This document shows positions 10,401 to 18,105 of a DNA stretch of 64,000 bases, piece by piece. The notes under the pieces were generated by a model that saw only the letters and a program-made list of their open reading frames with translations, was not told the DNA's origin and made no database searches. Source of the stretch: Candidatus Latescibacterota bacterium (GTDB lineage: Bacteria; Latescibacterota; UBA2968; UBA8231); NCBI GenBank assembly GCA_965243025.1, contig CBDETY010000003.1:2176001-2240000 (forward strand), in the 5' to 3' direction. How positions within the stretch are numbered: position 1 is the stretch's first letter; each line of letters starts with the position of its first letter. A program made the translations under genes and the position numbers.

Positions 10401-11802
10401 GGTATTCCTCCATCACGATGTGGGCGTTGGTCCCGGATATCCCGAAGGAGTTCACCCCCGCGAGCCGCGGCCGCCCCGGACGGTGCGGCAGGTCCATCAT
10501 CGACGAGGTCACCTGCAGCGGCAGGCGGTCCCAGTCGAGACTCGGGTTGGGATCGTGGAAATGGAGGTGTCTGGGAATCACGCCCCGTTCCAGTACCAGG
10601 GCGGCCTTGATCACCCCGGCCACGCCCGCAGCCGACTCCAGGTGGCCGATATTGGTCTTCACGGACCCGATGAGAAGCGGGCGGTCCGCCGGCCGGCCCT
10701 TCCCGTAGACTGCCGCCACGGCATCGATCTCGATCGGGTCCCCCACCGCGGTACCGGTCCCGTGGGCCTCGAGGTAATCCATCTCCAGCGGGGAGATTCC
10801 CGCGTCGGACAGCGCGGTTTCCATCACCTCTTCAAGCGCCGGGGTGTTCGGCACCGTCAGTCCGACGCTGGCCCCTCCGTGGTTCACGGCGGCGCCGCGG
10901 ATCACCGCCCGGATCCGGTCGCCGTCCGCCTCCGCCTCGCTCAACCGCTTGAGGACGACGACCCCGCAGCCCTCACCCCGCACGTACCCGTTCGCCGACG
11001 CGTCGAACGCCTTGCACTGCCCATCGGGAGACAGCATCATCGAATCGGCGCGCAGCTCGTAGATGCGGCCGTTCAGGATCGCCTGCACGCCGCCGGCGAT
11101 GGCCAGGTCCGCCTTGCCCTGCTGCAGGTCGGCCACCGCGTCGTGAACCGATACCATGGAGGACGCGCACGCGGCGTCCACCGCCTTCGCCGGCCCCCTG
11201 AGACCCAGCACGAAGGAGACCCGCCCGCTGGCGCCGTTCAGGTTGGTGCCGCTGAGGGCGTAGAGGCACCCGGCAGCCCCGTCGGGCTTGCTCGAGTCCA
11301 CCACCAGCATCCGGTATTCGTCGTTGCTGATCCCGGTGTAGACGCCGGTAAGGCTCTCCCGCAATCCCTCCGGATCGATTCCGGCGTCTTCGAGGGCCTC
11401 CCAACTCGTCTCCAGCATCATGCGCTGTTGAGGATCGAGCAGCTCCGCTTCCACCGGAGAAATCCGGAAGAAGGCGTCGTCGAAAAGGTCGATGTCGTCG
11501 ACGAAAGCCCCGAAACGGCAACTGTCGCTCTGCACGGCGTCCCCGGCGAAGAGCTGGCCCCAGCGCCCCTCTCCGGAACCCGGAACCCCCTCGCTGACCG
11601 CGTTCCCGCCCGCTGCGAGCAGACGCCAGAAGGCGGGGATGTCCGCGGCGCCGGGGAACCGGCAGGCCATGCCGACGATCGCTATCGGCTGACCCCGCCG
11701 GGAAGCCTCCAGGTTACCCGCCCCTGTTTCGACAGGGGACTCCCGGGAGGGACCGGAAGCCCCTTCCGCTCCCGTCATGGTGGTTCCAGTGTCAGCAGTC
11801 AT
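1435..11802 (-). CDS. supA: Type I PKS/FAS, KS-AT-DH-cMT-ER-KR-ACP-KS-AT(inactive); SupA-type (sponge symbiont ubiquitous PKS)
   Basis: KS1 DAACASS/EAHGTGT/KTNIGHLE; AT1 GHSIG and RAFHS; DH HKVFGRIVAPG and DGCFQ; MT EVGAGTGS; ER IHAGAGGVG; KR GGLGGIG; ACP LGMDSLMAVELRN; KS2 LNCASS/EAHG/GHLE; AT2 GQGPG. Domain order and ACP/PPTase/hydrolase neighbours match the sup operon. Confidence 0.93.
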   Translation of the reverse strand: MTADTGTTMTGAEGASGPSRESPVETGAGNLEASRRGQPIAIVGMACRFPGAADIPAFWRLLAAGGNAVSEGVPGSGEGRWGQLFAGDAVQSDSCRFGAFVDDIDLFDDAFFRISPVEAELLDPQQRMMLETSWEALEDAGIDPEGLRESLTGVYTGISNDEYRMLVVDSSKPDGAAGCLYALSGTNLNGASGRVSFVLGLRGPAKAVDAACASSMVSVHDAVADLQQGKADLAIAGGVQAILNGRIYELRADSMMLSPDGQCKAFDASANGYVRGEGCGVVVLKRLSEAEADGDRIRAVIRGAAVNHGGASVGLTVPNTPALEEVMETALSDAGISPLEMDYLEAHGTGTAVGDPIEIDAVAAVYGKGRPADRPLLIGSVKTNIGHLESAAGVAGVIKAALVLERGVIPRHLHFHDPNPSLDWDRLPLQVTSSMMDLPHRPGRPRLAGVNSFGISGTNAHIVMEEYRGPDAAPAGEPWAAGSGKPVAVSLPATVGDLPLPEREVEPRRTRLLPLSGKSKGALGDLAERYLSWLDERADQLSPEGGGLPPLLADMAWTAGVGRSHFDHRAGVIFHDADSLRERLGGLVEVDAGPSPRAPARVAFAYTGQGSQWVGMGRTLYESEPVARAVLDRCEAVVLQERGESLLEVMFGLAGGEGELGDTAWEQPALYALQCALTALWSSLGVRPGVVVGHSIGELAASQAAGVFALEDGMRFAAKRGALMSRMEEGGMAAVFAPPERVAPEVEEVNAASSGPGLSISGYNGTHQVVSGPVAGVEAISKRFELEGVRVRRLNTTRAFHSALVEPILDELEASLDGVAIQPPSLVVVSNLTGRAVEPGQVQDGAYWRRHAREPVAFARGVEAMADLGVDAVLEIGPRSVLAPMAASSWPQSPQAPPPVVLSSLSPPPDDAAESGSPDGFVEAVAGAYQAGLPIRFEGLFPGETRRRISLPSYPFQRERHWIELPRRRPGSAGHPLLGARHESAQGEIAFETELFPSDPSWMNDHKVFGRIVAPGALYGAMACAASLLEESGPVVVEEMQLHNPLVFEEEEEDGTGDGRKVQVVLDSAEPASPRSLQIFSRGSEGEWTVHVEGRLGPGGSDPEAGGRIDLESLKAGLSPVDVAGYYRHRASTGVDLGPFFRTLGRAWARPGEALGEITLPETLTGHGLDVHPLVLDGCFQVVGAARNLAGTEGGATYLPFGWERLWLAGPLPDRVVCHVRLSEASADAETGAGEPAEVLSGELRIYDPDGMPLGRLSGYTVKRATREALLSAVQGVKDLLYEVVWRERGLPPGMTPADFFPGPAAVAEGSQLFAGYLADAGVDPGDRDALLSNLERWSRSRALATLEELGWQRRAGETVDPEALREQLDVLPEHSRVFRRMFEMLARSGVLEEAGDRFLVVVGPDDPLPEEMPGDLEEFASRLEELHPHGLTEIGLFRRSGQALAEVLRGREDPLTLLFSSGEPTAADLYLKAPVARAANRMLAEAVRALVAALPEGRRLRVIEVGAGTGSATASVLPELPEGRFDYVYTDISAGFFAEAEARFGEKAIEYRPLDIEKDPIAQGFDSHGYDLLIASNVLHATRYLEETLGHCLDLLAPSGQLIALENLSGLGWMDLTFGQLDGWWRFADGYRPHHALASPAVWRQALGDAGFEAAEVLGPDESDPSRTPDKGVIVARGPAQVKEPAGVWVLAADQGGLAAKLAAGLAARSQTVVLAGSEAPEDGKPEAAGPGVFRTGVEMDRRESWQSLLAGLPDGVPLSGVVHLAGLDGHGAHAATGEMAEDVRRAGASALALVQAVVDSDVVPANGLWMVTRGAQVLERERGGELAGATLWGFGKAVAREAAHLQPRMIDLDPGEMAPEADLVTELLNPDPENHIAYRSGRRQVARLVRAGAESERLSLPEEPDWVLAPDPAGVFDRPYVHPLPAAALEPGEVRVAVEAAGLNFWDVFRSLGFIEEGLLGREMCGHIVEVGSEVSTAAVGDHVVGLGFGAFGPQMVTREELVAPAPSGFSVSGLATVPSAFVSAALSFELSGLEAGERVLIHAGAGGVGLAAIQLVQAAGAEVFATASAPKQAYLRSLGVERIFDSRQTAFGREILEATGGEGVDVVLNSLTGEGFIDASLSCLRQGGRFVEMARRDILSEEEMAAVRPDVSYSILELDVLKKTEPAWVGRVLRQVVERLSAGELKPILHSRWPLAEAGGALSFMRSARHLGKIVVTPPPLRQGRLRQDRTYLVTGGLGGIGCAVAGWLADRGAGAIVLNGRRAPDAEAEEAVRRLRERGVTVQVELADVTDAAAIDEMLARVDAALPPLGGVVHSVGVLSDGALTNQSWERFETVLWPKVLGAWHLHRATEDRDLDLFILFSSRVGVMGNPGQANHAAANAFLDQLAGHRRAMGLPGQAIAWGAWSEIGEAAEQRDRIDRQRTALGGRWFTPEQGMQAFDQLVRQDTTTSVVMSMDWSVFEEAVEDRPAFLEDLLSVPADEADSPASSEDLLSRLREAPAREELLVSFLQQEVQAVLRLTSPPEPTVGFFDLGMDSLMAVELRNRLNRAFAEEYVVPNTVVFDYPDIAALASHLAGELGEAGGAPAPRPQPVPEPLPAVPGGEEEDGIAIVGMACRFPGAPDIAAFWRQLETGADAVTDGRGDSGSWKDLSEDLPSEYAAYRQGGFVEGIEQFDSRFFRIAPIEARLMDPRQRMMLETTWQALDDAGMDPDRLRGSRTGLYAGIAASEYRDLMTGGGVSYLGTAASMTVGRVSFALGLEGPTIPVELNCASSLVAVHYAVSALRQGEVDLALAAGAHAVLSPELTREMAELGLLSASGRCRAFDAAADGFVRGEGCGVVLLKRLSEAEADGDRIWGVIRGSAVNQNGAAAGPTVPNGPAQERVIEEALARGSVVPEEVDYLEAHGAGSGFGDPIEVQAAAAVYGRGREADRPLLIGSVKTNIGHLEPAAGVASLIKTVLAMKRGIIPRNLHFEEPNPHLDWDRLPVEVVSDLTDWPSHPGRPRRAGVSAFGISGTNSHVVVEGYGEANGAGPDGESLASGPALPVGVSLPEPLADLPLPGEGESGTRRTRILPLSGKAEGALQELAGRYLSWLDERDGEGDADTVLADMAWTAGAGRSHFDHRAAVVFRGAASLREGLEALAEAEERPQPLAASKAAFVFTGEGCHWAGMGQELYESEPVVRAVLDRCHSVLQDERGASLLDAMFGRAGSEGALEDPARAQPAVYALECALAALWSSLGIRPGAVVGQGPGELAAAQAAGVFGLEEGLRLAAVRGATDPDRNGREAVLEATAISPPSLPFVSSVTGRVLDADGLDRGYWQRPGQEPVAFDRCAETLAGLGVQAVLEIGPDAVLAPMFSRAWPKPGDGRQADGNGSHASGGSPGAPVALSSLRRDSQCDEAFVSAVAGAYEAGLAVSFSGLFAGETRRRISLPGYPFQRRRHWIDAQTASGG

Positions 11803-12278
11803 TTCCGGACTCCTTCAGTCGTGGAAACCGGGCGCTGCCCGGCGCTTTCTTCCATACCTGATTGTACGACAATATCACCTGCGGATGTAACCTGCCGAGC
11901 GGCACAGCCAATCCGTTGCATGTCAAATCCGCCGCCCCTCCCCCGCGGTTTACCGGCATACCTGCGACAAAAACATACCGTGCCGGAATCACATGGTTTA
12001 CCTTTTCTCCCTTCGCGTGAACCTCCGCCGTTTGCTGGTGGCAACCGGGACCCCACACCGCCAGGAGCCAACTATTTCTGCGAACACCTGGAGGCAGACA
12101 TCAGCCCCCGGCGGCATGATTCCGGAAAACCTTCCTCCGGTTCGTACCTTCCCTTCCCCGTCGGACCGATGCAACCCCTTTCCGCAAGGCGACGACTCCT
12201 GCATGCCGAGGGCTTCCCACAACCCCTTCCACCACCTCGTCCGGTGACTTCCGGACCATACAAACCTGGAGCGCCTCG

Positions 12279-13436
12279 ATGGCCAAGATCCTAGTCGTAG
12301 ACGACGAGCCGGACCTGGAGCTGTTGCTGCGGCAGAAATTCCGGCGCCGCACCCGGTCCGGAGAGCTCAGTCTCGTTTTCGCCCAGAACGGCGTCGAGGC
12401 CCTGCAGCAACTCGAGGAACACGACGACGTCGACCTCGTGCTGTCGGACATCAACATGCCCGAAATGGACGGTCTCACTCTCCTGCAGCAGCTCGGCAGT
12501 CTCGACTACGACCTGCGGGCGGTGATGGTCACCGCCTACGGGGACATGAAGAACATCCGCACCGCCATGAACCGGGGGGCTTTCGACTTCGTGACCAAGC
12601 CGATCGACTTCGACGACCTCGAGGCGACGATCGCCAAGACCCTCGAGCACCTCGGGGTGATGCGCGAGGCGCTGCGCTCCCGGGACGAGCTGGTGGCCAT
12701 TCGGCAGGAGCTCGGAGTGGCGGCGCAGATGCAGGAGTCCATTCTCCCCACCGACTTTCCCGAGAACCCGCGCTACGAAATCCACGCATCGATGATCCCC
12801 GCCCGCGAGGTCGGCGGCGATTTCTACGACTTCTTCCGGCTCGAGGACGAACGCATGGGAATCGTGGTGGCGGACGTATCGGGAAAGGGAGTGCCGGCGG
12901 CCCTGTTCATGATGGTGAGCCGGACCCTTATGAAAGGAACCGCGATCGGCGAGAGCAATCCGGCCAGGTGCCTTTGCGAGGTCAACGAGCTGCTGACGGA
13001 GTCGAACGAGGAGTCGATGTTCGTCACCGTGTTCTACACCACCCTCGATCCGGTAACCGGGCGCGTCGAGTTCGCCAACGCCGGGCACAACCTTCCGTTC
13101 GTGATCAAGCCGTCGGGCCAGGTGCGGCAGATCGCCTGCGATCCGGGACTGGTCCTCGGGGTGCTGCCCTCCTTCGAGTTCCCGGGCGGCACGGCCGAGC
13201 TGGCGGCCGGGGACGTGCTCTTCTTCTACACCGACGGCGTCAACGAGGCGATGGACGAGAACGGCGTCGAGTTCGGCGACGAAAGGCTGACCCGGGTTCT
13301 GGCGGAGGCCGCGGGTGCGAGCGCCGCCGAGTTCAGCAGCCGGGTGGTGCAGGCGGTGCAGGACCACGCCGGGGAAGCCCCCCAGTCCGACGACATCACC
13401 TGCATGGCGGTGCGCTACATCGGAGACCCCGCCTAG
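12279..13436 (+). CDS. Response regulator receiver fused to PP2C/SpoIIE (RsbU-like) phosphatase
   Basis: REC motifs ILVVDDE, LSDINMPEMDG and FVTKP; SpoIIE motifs VGGDFYD, ADVSGKG, NAGH, YTDGV and SDDIT. Confidence 0.93.
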   Translation: MAKILVVDDEPDLELLLRQKFRRRTRSGELSLVFAQNGVEALQQLEEHDDVDLVLSDINMPEMDGLTLLQQLGSLDYDLRAVMVTAYGDMKNIRTAMNRGAFDFVTKPIDFDDLEATIAKTLEHLGVMREALRSRDELVAIRQELGVAAQMQESILPTDFPENPRYEIHASMIPAREVGGDFYDFFRLEDERMGIVVADVSGKGVPAALFMMVSRTLMKGTAIGESNPARCLCEVNELLTESNEESMFVTVFYTTLDPVTGRVEFANAGHNLPFVIKPSGQVRQIACDPGLVLGVLPSFEFPGGTAELAAGDVLFFYTDGVNEAMDENGVEFGDERLTRVLAEAAGASAAEFSSRVVQAVQDHAGEAPQSDDITCMAVRYIGDPA

Positions 13437-13484
13437 TGCCTGTTCCATCCATTTCCTTCAACCTGCCTCCGGAACAGGACCCTG

Positions 13485-14735
13485 GTGCCCGCCCGCGGGA
13501 TTCCGCTTGAACTCCGCCGCCTGCCCGCGCGGGCCGGCGAGGCGGCGGGCCGCTTCGCCCTCCTCGCCGCGGCGGCCTCGGGACTGGCCCATGCGGCCGC
13601 TCACGGGGCTCCCCCCGCCGGGGGCGACGGGGTGTTCCCCGACTCGATCCTCTTCGGACAGTCCGCTGCTCTGAGCGGTCCCGCCGGAGAGCTGGGCACG
13701 AACATGAACCTCGGGATCCGCGCGGCTTTCGAGGAGGCGAACCTCTCCGGCGGCATCCACGGCCGTCAGCTCCGGCTGCTCGTCCGGGACGACGGGTACG
13801 AGCCCGAGGCCGCGGTCGCCAACACCAGGGAGCTGATCGCCCTCGGCGTCTTCGGGCTGATCGGCGCCGTCGGCACCCCGACCTCGAACGCCGCCGAGCC
13901 CATAGCCAGCGGCGCCTCGATCCCCTACATCGGGCCCTTCACCGGCGCCGACCTGCTCAGGGGGAACGACCAGCGGTACGTGGTGAACGTGCGCGCCTCC
14001 TACTTCCAGGAGACCGAGGAGATGGTGGAAAGGCTGACCGCGGACCTGGGGTTCCGGCGCATCGCCATCCTCTACCAGGACGACAGCTACGGCAAGGCCG
14101 GCCTGACCGGAGTGCGCCGGGCCCTCGACCGGCGCGGCATGAAGCTGGTTGGAGAATCGACCTACATGCGCAACACCGTCGCCGTCAAACGGGCCCTTCT
14201 CGACCTCCAGGACAGCGACCCGCAAGCGGTCATCATCATCGGCGCCTACCGGCCGGCGGCGCACTTCATCAAGTGGGCCCGGAAGATCGGCCTGGGCGCC
14301 GTCTTCGTGAACATCTCCTTCGTCGGCAGCAACGCCCTGCTCGAGGAGTTGGGCGGGGCCGGCGACGGGGTGGTAGTCACCCAGGTCGTCCCGTTCCCCC
14401 GCGACACCGGCATTCCGGTGGTGGCCCGGTATCAGACCGCCCTCAAAGCGATCGACGCGGCGGCGCAGCCGGGGTTCGTCTCCCTCGAGGGGTACCTGGC
14501 GGGGCGCCTCGCCGTCGATGCCCTGCGAACCTCCACCGCCCCAGCCGGCGGCGGTGAGGCCGGGCGGCCGACGCGTGAGGCTTTCCTGCGAACCCTGGAG
14601 GAGTCCGGTCCGATCGACCTGGGCGGCTTCGAGGTCCGCTACGGCCCCGGGGACAACCAGGGATCCGACCGGGTCTTCCTGACCATGATCCGCGGGGGCG
14701 GTTTCGCCCCGGTTGCACGGCTGTCGTCGAGATGA
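13485..14735 (+). CDS. Periplasmic binding protein type 1 (LivJ/Peripla_BP_6-like), probable sensory partner of the adjacent kinase
   Basis: GQSAALSGP, GGIHGRQLRL, DDGYEP, VGTPTS, RASY and SLEGY motifs; signal-like N-terminus; ATGA overlap with the kinase. Start uncertain. Confidence 0.88.
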   Translation: MPARGIPLELRRLPARAGEAAGRFALLAAAASGLAHAAAHGAPPAGGDGVFPDSILFGQSAALSGPAGELGTNMNLGIRAAFEEANLSGGIHGRQLRLLVRDDGYEPEAAVANTRELIALGVFGLIGAVGTPTSNAAEPIASGASIPYIGPFTGADLLRGNDQRYVVNVRASYFQETEEMVERLTADLGFRRIAILYQDDSYGKAGLTGVRRALDRRGMKLVGESTYMRNTVAVKRALLDLQDSDPQAVIIIGAYRPAAHFIKWARKIGLGAVFVNISFVGSNALLEELGGAGDGVVVTQVVPFPRDTGIPVVARYQTALKAIDAAAQPGFVSLEGYLAGRLAVDALRTSTAPAGGGEAGRPTREAFLRTLEESGPIDLGGFEVRYGPGDNQGSDRVFLTMIRGGGFAPVARLSSR

Positions 14736-16966
14736 ACATCTCCGAGCAACGCCTCGAATCGACCTTCGAAAGCGTCCTGGCCCGGGTCCCGGGCCCCCTG
14801 GGAGACCGTCTCCGGAGAGCGACCGGAGGGCGCTTCGGCATCGGCAGCAAGATCGCCCTGGTCCTGGGGGGCGGCGTCGCCCTGACCATCGGGGCCGTCG
14901 TTCTCGCCCTGGGGCTGATGAGGATCGTCAGCACCAGGCAGAGCGAGGTCACCGAGGGGTACATGCCGGCCCTGGTCGCCGCCTTCGAGGTCGCCCGGAG
15001 CAGCTCCGAGCTGGTGCGGGCTTCCCCCCGGCTCCTCGCCGCCGACGATCCCGACGACCTCGGGCTGGTGATGTGGGACGTGGTGCGGGAGGAGGAGACG
15101 CTGCGGAAATGGCTTTCCGAAGTCAGGCGGGCCGAATCGAAGGGAGGCGCCGAAGGGGACATCGGCAGTGCGGTCGTGCCGCTGGCGGACAGCCTGGTGG
15201 AGAGCATCGGCCAGATCCAGGAGTCGGTCCGGCGCAGGATGCAGCACCGGGCCCTGCTGCGAAAGCTCGAAGGGGAGGTCGAGAGCCTCGCCCTCCAGCT
15301 GCAGCTCCTGCTCGAGGAGCTGGTCGACGACCAGCATTTCTTCATGCACACCGGGCTCCGCGATCTTGACGATGACCCCGTTTCCCGGTCACGGAGGATC
15401 TCCAAGGCCGAACTCGATCATTATGCCGGCCTCCTAGATTTCCAGGCTTCCCAGAACGTCACCACCACCTTCATCCAGCAGGCGATGACGGAGAACGACC
15501 CAGAGCTGCTGAGGGCGAACCGGGAAAGGGTGGAGACCGCCATGAGCGACGTGCGCCGGGCCCTCGGCGGGATCAGACCGGCGATCAGGTCCCGGCTCCA
15601 GCCGCAGGTGGAGAAGCTGACCGGCCTCTACGCCGCCCCGGACGGGGCCTTCGAGATCCGCACCCGCGAGCTGGAGGAAATCCGCCGCTCCGAGGATCTC
15701 CTGGCGCGCAACCAGCAGACGACCGCCGACCTCGTGGCCATGGTGGAAGGCCTGGTGAAGGAGGCCGAGGTCTCCACCCAGAACGCCGCCAACCGCTCCC
15801 GCAACCTCGTGCGGCTCGGGTTCTGGTTTCTGCTCGGGGTCACCCTGCTCACCCTCGCCGCCGCCTACCTCGTCTGGAAGTTCTTCGGCAAACGGCTGCT
15901 GGCGAGGCTGGGCAGGCTCTTCGACGCCACCCGGCGCATGTCGAAGGGGGACCTCGAGGTGCAGGTCGAGATCGAAGGGAACGACGAGGTCACCGACATG
16001 GCCGGGGCCCTCGAGGTCTTCCGGCAGCACGCCGTCGAGGTGCAGCGGCTCAACCTCGTCGAGAAGCTCGCCGCGGAAGTCCAGGCCAAGAACGCCGAGC
16101 TCGAGACCACCAACACCGAGCTGGAGACCACCCTCGAAGACCTCAGGCGCACCCAGCAGCAGGTCGTCAGCCAGGAAAAGCTCGCCTCCCTGGGGGCCCT
16201 CACCGCCGGCATCGCCCACGAGATCAGGAACCCCCTGAACTTCGTCAACAACTTCTCCGGCCTTTCCTCCGAGCTGATCGACGAGCTGCGCGAAGAGCTG
16301 AAGGGAGAGGGAGAAGGGGGCGCGGACCAGGAGCTGATCGACGAGATCCTCGACGACCTCGGCGGCAACACGGCCAAGGTCAAGGAGCACGGGGAGCGCG
16401 CCAACCGCATTGTCGAGGGCATGCTTGCCCACTCCCGCGACGAAGCGGGACAGGTGGAATCCGCCGACATCAACCAGCTTCTCGACGAGTACGCCAAGCT
16501 CGCCTACCACGGCCTCAGGGGGACGGATTCGACTTTCAACGTCAACCTGATCCAGGAGTACGACGACGCCGCGGGGAAGGTCGAGGCGGTCACCCGCGAC
16601 CTGAGCCGGGTCTTCCTCAACGTGGTGACGAACGCCTGCCACGCCACCGCCGCCCGCGCCGGCGATTCCGACGGCTCCTACAAGCCGACCGTGTGGCTCA
16701 GGACCGAAGGCAGCGAGGACAGCGTCAGGGTTTCCATCCGCGACAACGGCACCGGGATTCCCCCCGAGATCGTCGAAAGGATCTTCGACCCGTTCTTCAC
16801 CACCAAGTCCGGCACCCAGGGGACCGGGCTCGGACTGTCGATCTCCCACGAGATCGTCCGCGAGCACGGCGGGGAGTTCCAGGTGGAGACCGAAGTGGGC
16901 GAGTTCACCGAGTTCAGGATTCTGCTGCCGAGGAAGGGGCTCCTGTCCGGGGGTCCAGCCTCCTGA
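14732..16966 (+). CDS. Membrane sensor histidine kinase (TorS-like helical periplasmic domain, HAMP, HisKA, HATPase)
   Basis: Two TM segments around a long helical region; HAMP GDLEVQVEIEGNDEVTDMA; H-box GIAHEIRNPLNF; N-box LNVVTNA; DNGTG, FDPFFTTK and GTGLGL. Confidence 0.92.
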   Translation: MNISEQRLESTFESVLARVPGPLGDRLRRATGGRFGIGSKIALVLGGGVALTIGAVVLALGLMRIVSTRQSEVTEGYMPALVAAFEVARSSSELVRASPRLLAADDPDDLGLVMWDVVREEETLRKWLSEVRRAESKGGAEGDIGSAVVPLADSLVESIGQIQESVRRRMQHRALLRKLEGEVESLALQLQLLLEELVDDQHFFMHTGLRDLDDDPVSRSRRISKAELDHYAGLLDFQASQNVTTTFIQQAMTENDPELLRANRERVETAMSDVRRALGGIRPAIRSRLQPQVEKLTGLYAAPDGAFEIRTRELEEIRRSEDLLARNQQTTADLVAMVEGLVKEAEVSTQNAANRSRNLVRLGFWFLLGVTLLTLAAAYLVWKFFGKRLLARLGRLFDATRRMSKGDLEVQVEIEGNDEVTDMAGALEVFRQHAVEVQRLNLVEKLAAEVQAKNAELETTNTELETTLEDLRRTQQQVVSQEKLASLGALTAGIAHEIRNPLNFVNNFSGLSSELIDELREELKGEGEGGADQELIDEILDDLGGNTAKVKEHGERANRIVEGMLAHSRDEAGQVESADINQLLDEYAKLAYHGLRGTDSTFNVNLIQEYDDAAGKVEAVTRDLSRVFLNVVTNACHATAARAGDSDGSYKPTVWLRTEGSEDSVRVSIRDNGTGIPPEIVERIFDPFFTTKSGTQGTGLGLSISHEIVREHGGEFQVETEVGEFTEFRILLPRKGLLSGGPAS

Positions 16967-17202
16967 ACGGCTGCCGGTGCCGTGGGGTGGCGGGGCTTCC
17001 GGGAACCTCCCCCAGGGCCCCGGCCCGGTCACGCCGCCTCCAGTCCACCTTCAACCGGAACCTGTTTTTTTCGTCGAGTCAAACCAGCCTACCGGAACGG
17101 GAGCCGGTGGGACAACAACCGGGCTGACCGAATTTCGCGCCATGGCGGGGAACCATCCCTTCAGAACCCTGAAAACCGGAAACCTGCAACCGCGAGGACA
17201 GT

Positions 17203-17976
17203 ATGAAAAAAGCATGCGCAGCCTGGTTTGCCGCCGTGCTGCTGGGCGTCTCTACCGCGGCTCCCGCCCGGGCCGAGTTCCACCTGCAGTACGGCAAGCT
17301 GCTCAATCCATTCTCGGGGGCGGAGGAACAGACCCTGGTCTTCACCCTGCAGCAAGCCTCGGCATGGAAGTTCGGAGACAGCTTCTTCTTCATCGACCAT
17401 CTCGACGACAGCGGGGACGACGGCTTCAACGACAGGGAGTTCTACGCCGAGTGGTATCCGACCCTGAGCCTGGGCAAGCTGGCAGGCAGGGATTTCCGGC
17501 TGGGCCCGATCGCGGACTTCTCCCTGGTGGCCGGGTTCAACGCCTCAGGCGACGGCAAAGTCGTCAAGTACCTGCCCGGTCTGAGAGCTTCCTGGAACCT
17601 GCCGGGGTTCCTGTTCCTGAATACGGACCTGACCGCCTACCTGGACGGCAACACCGGCATCTCCGGCGGGGGGCCTCCGGCAACCGGCAACAGCTTCCTG
17701 TTCGACGTCAGCTGGGTCTTTCCCTTCGAGGCGGGAAGCCAGTTGTTTGCCATCGCCGGTCATGCCGAGTACATCGGTGGCAGCACCGACGAGCTGGGAG
17801 GAGATGTCAGCTCGTGGATTCTCGCCCAGCCGCAGTTCACCTGGGACCTGGGCAACGCGATATGGGGATCACCCCACCGGATCCTGGCGGGTATCGAGTA
17901 CCAGTACTGGCTCAACAAGCTGGGAACCGACCTCGACGAGAGCGCGGCGCAACTGCTGCTGGTCTGGCGACCCTGA
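17203..17976 (+). CDS. Outer-membrane Tsx-like nucleoside channel (DUF5020-like)
   Basis: Signal peptide (AAPARA), WKFGDSFFFID, aromatic beta-strand pattern, and C-terminal AGIEYQYWLNKLG as in Tsx-family channels. Confidence 0.75.
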   Translation: MKKACAAWFAAVLLGVSTAAPARAEFHLQYGKLLNPFSGAEEQTLVFTLQQASAWKFGDSFFFIDHLDDSGDDGFNDREFYAEWYPTLSLGKLAGRDFRLGPIADFSLVAGFNASGDGKVVKYLPGLRASWNLPGFLFLNTDLTAYLDGNTGISGGGPPATGNSFLFDVSWVFPFEAGSQLFAIAGHAEYIGGSTDELGGDVSSWILAQPQFTWDLGNAIWGSPHRILAGIEYQYWLNKLGTDLDESAAQLLLVWRP

Positions 17977-18105
17977 AGGGCGCGCGCAGGCGGAGACAGC
18001 CAACCCCGGGAGGAATCACAATGAACCCAGGTTAACGGACAAACTTCAAAATTTATAATAAATCAAACTCGATTCAGGACGCATAACCCACTGCAAATCA
18101 ACTAA

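Noticed and set aside
2737-12294. Very long plus-strand ORFs (2737..7638, 1633 aa; 7678..12294, 1538 aa)
   Set aside because: Antisense shadows of the high-GC PKS gene; no recognisable motifs.
12291-17032. Minus-strand ORFs of 268-532 aa opposite the signalling genes
   Set aside because: Antisense shadow frames of well-supported plus-strand genes.
17977-18105. AT-rich leader of the NCS2 permease as a purine riboswitch
   Set aside because: I could not find the conserved purine-aptamer core or a terminator. An Rfam/Infernal scan would be decisive.
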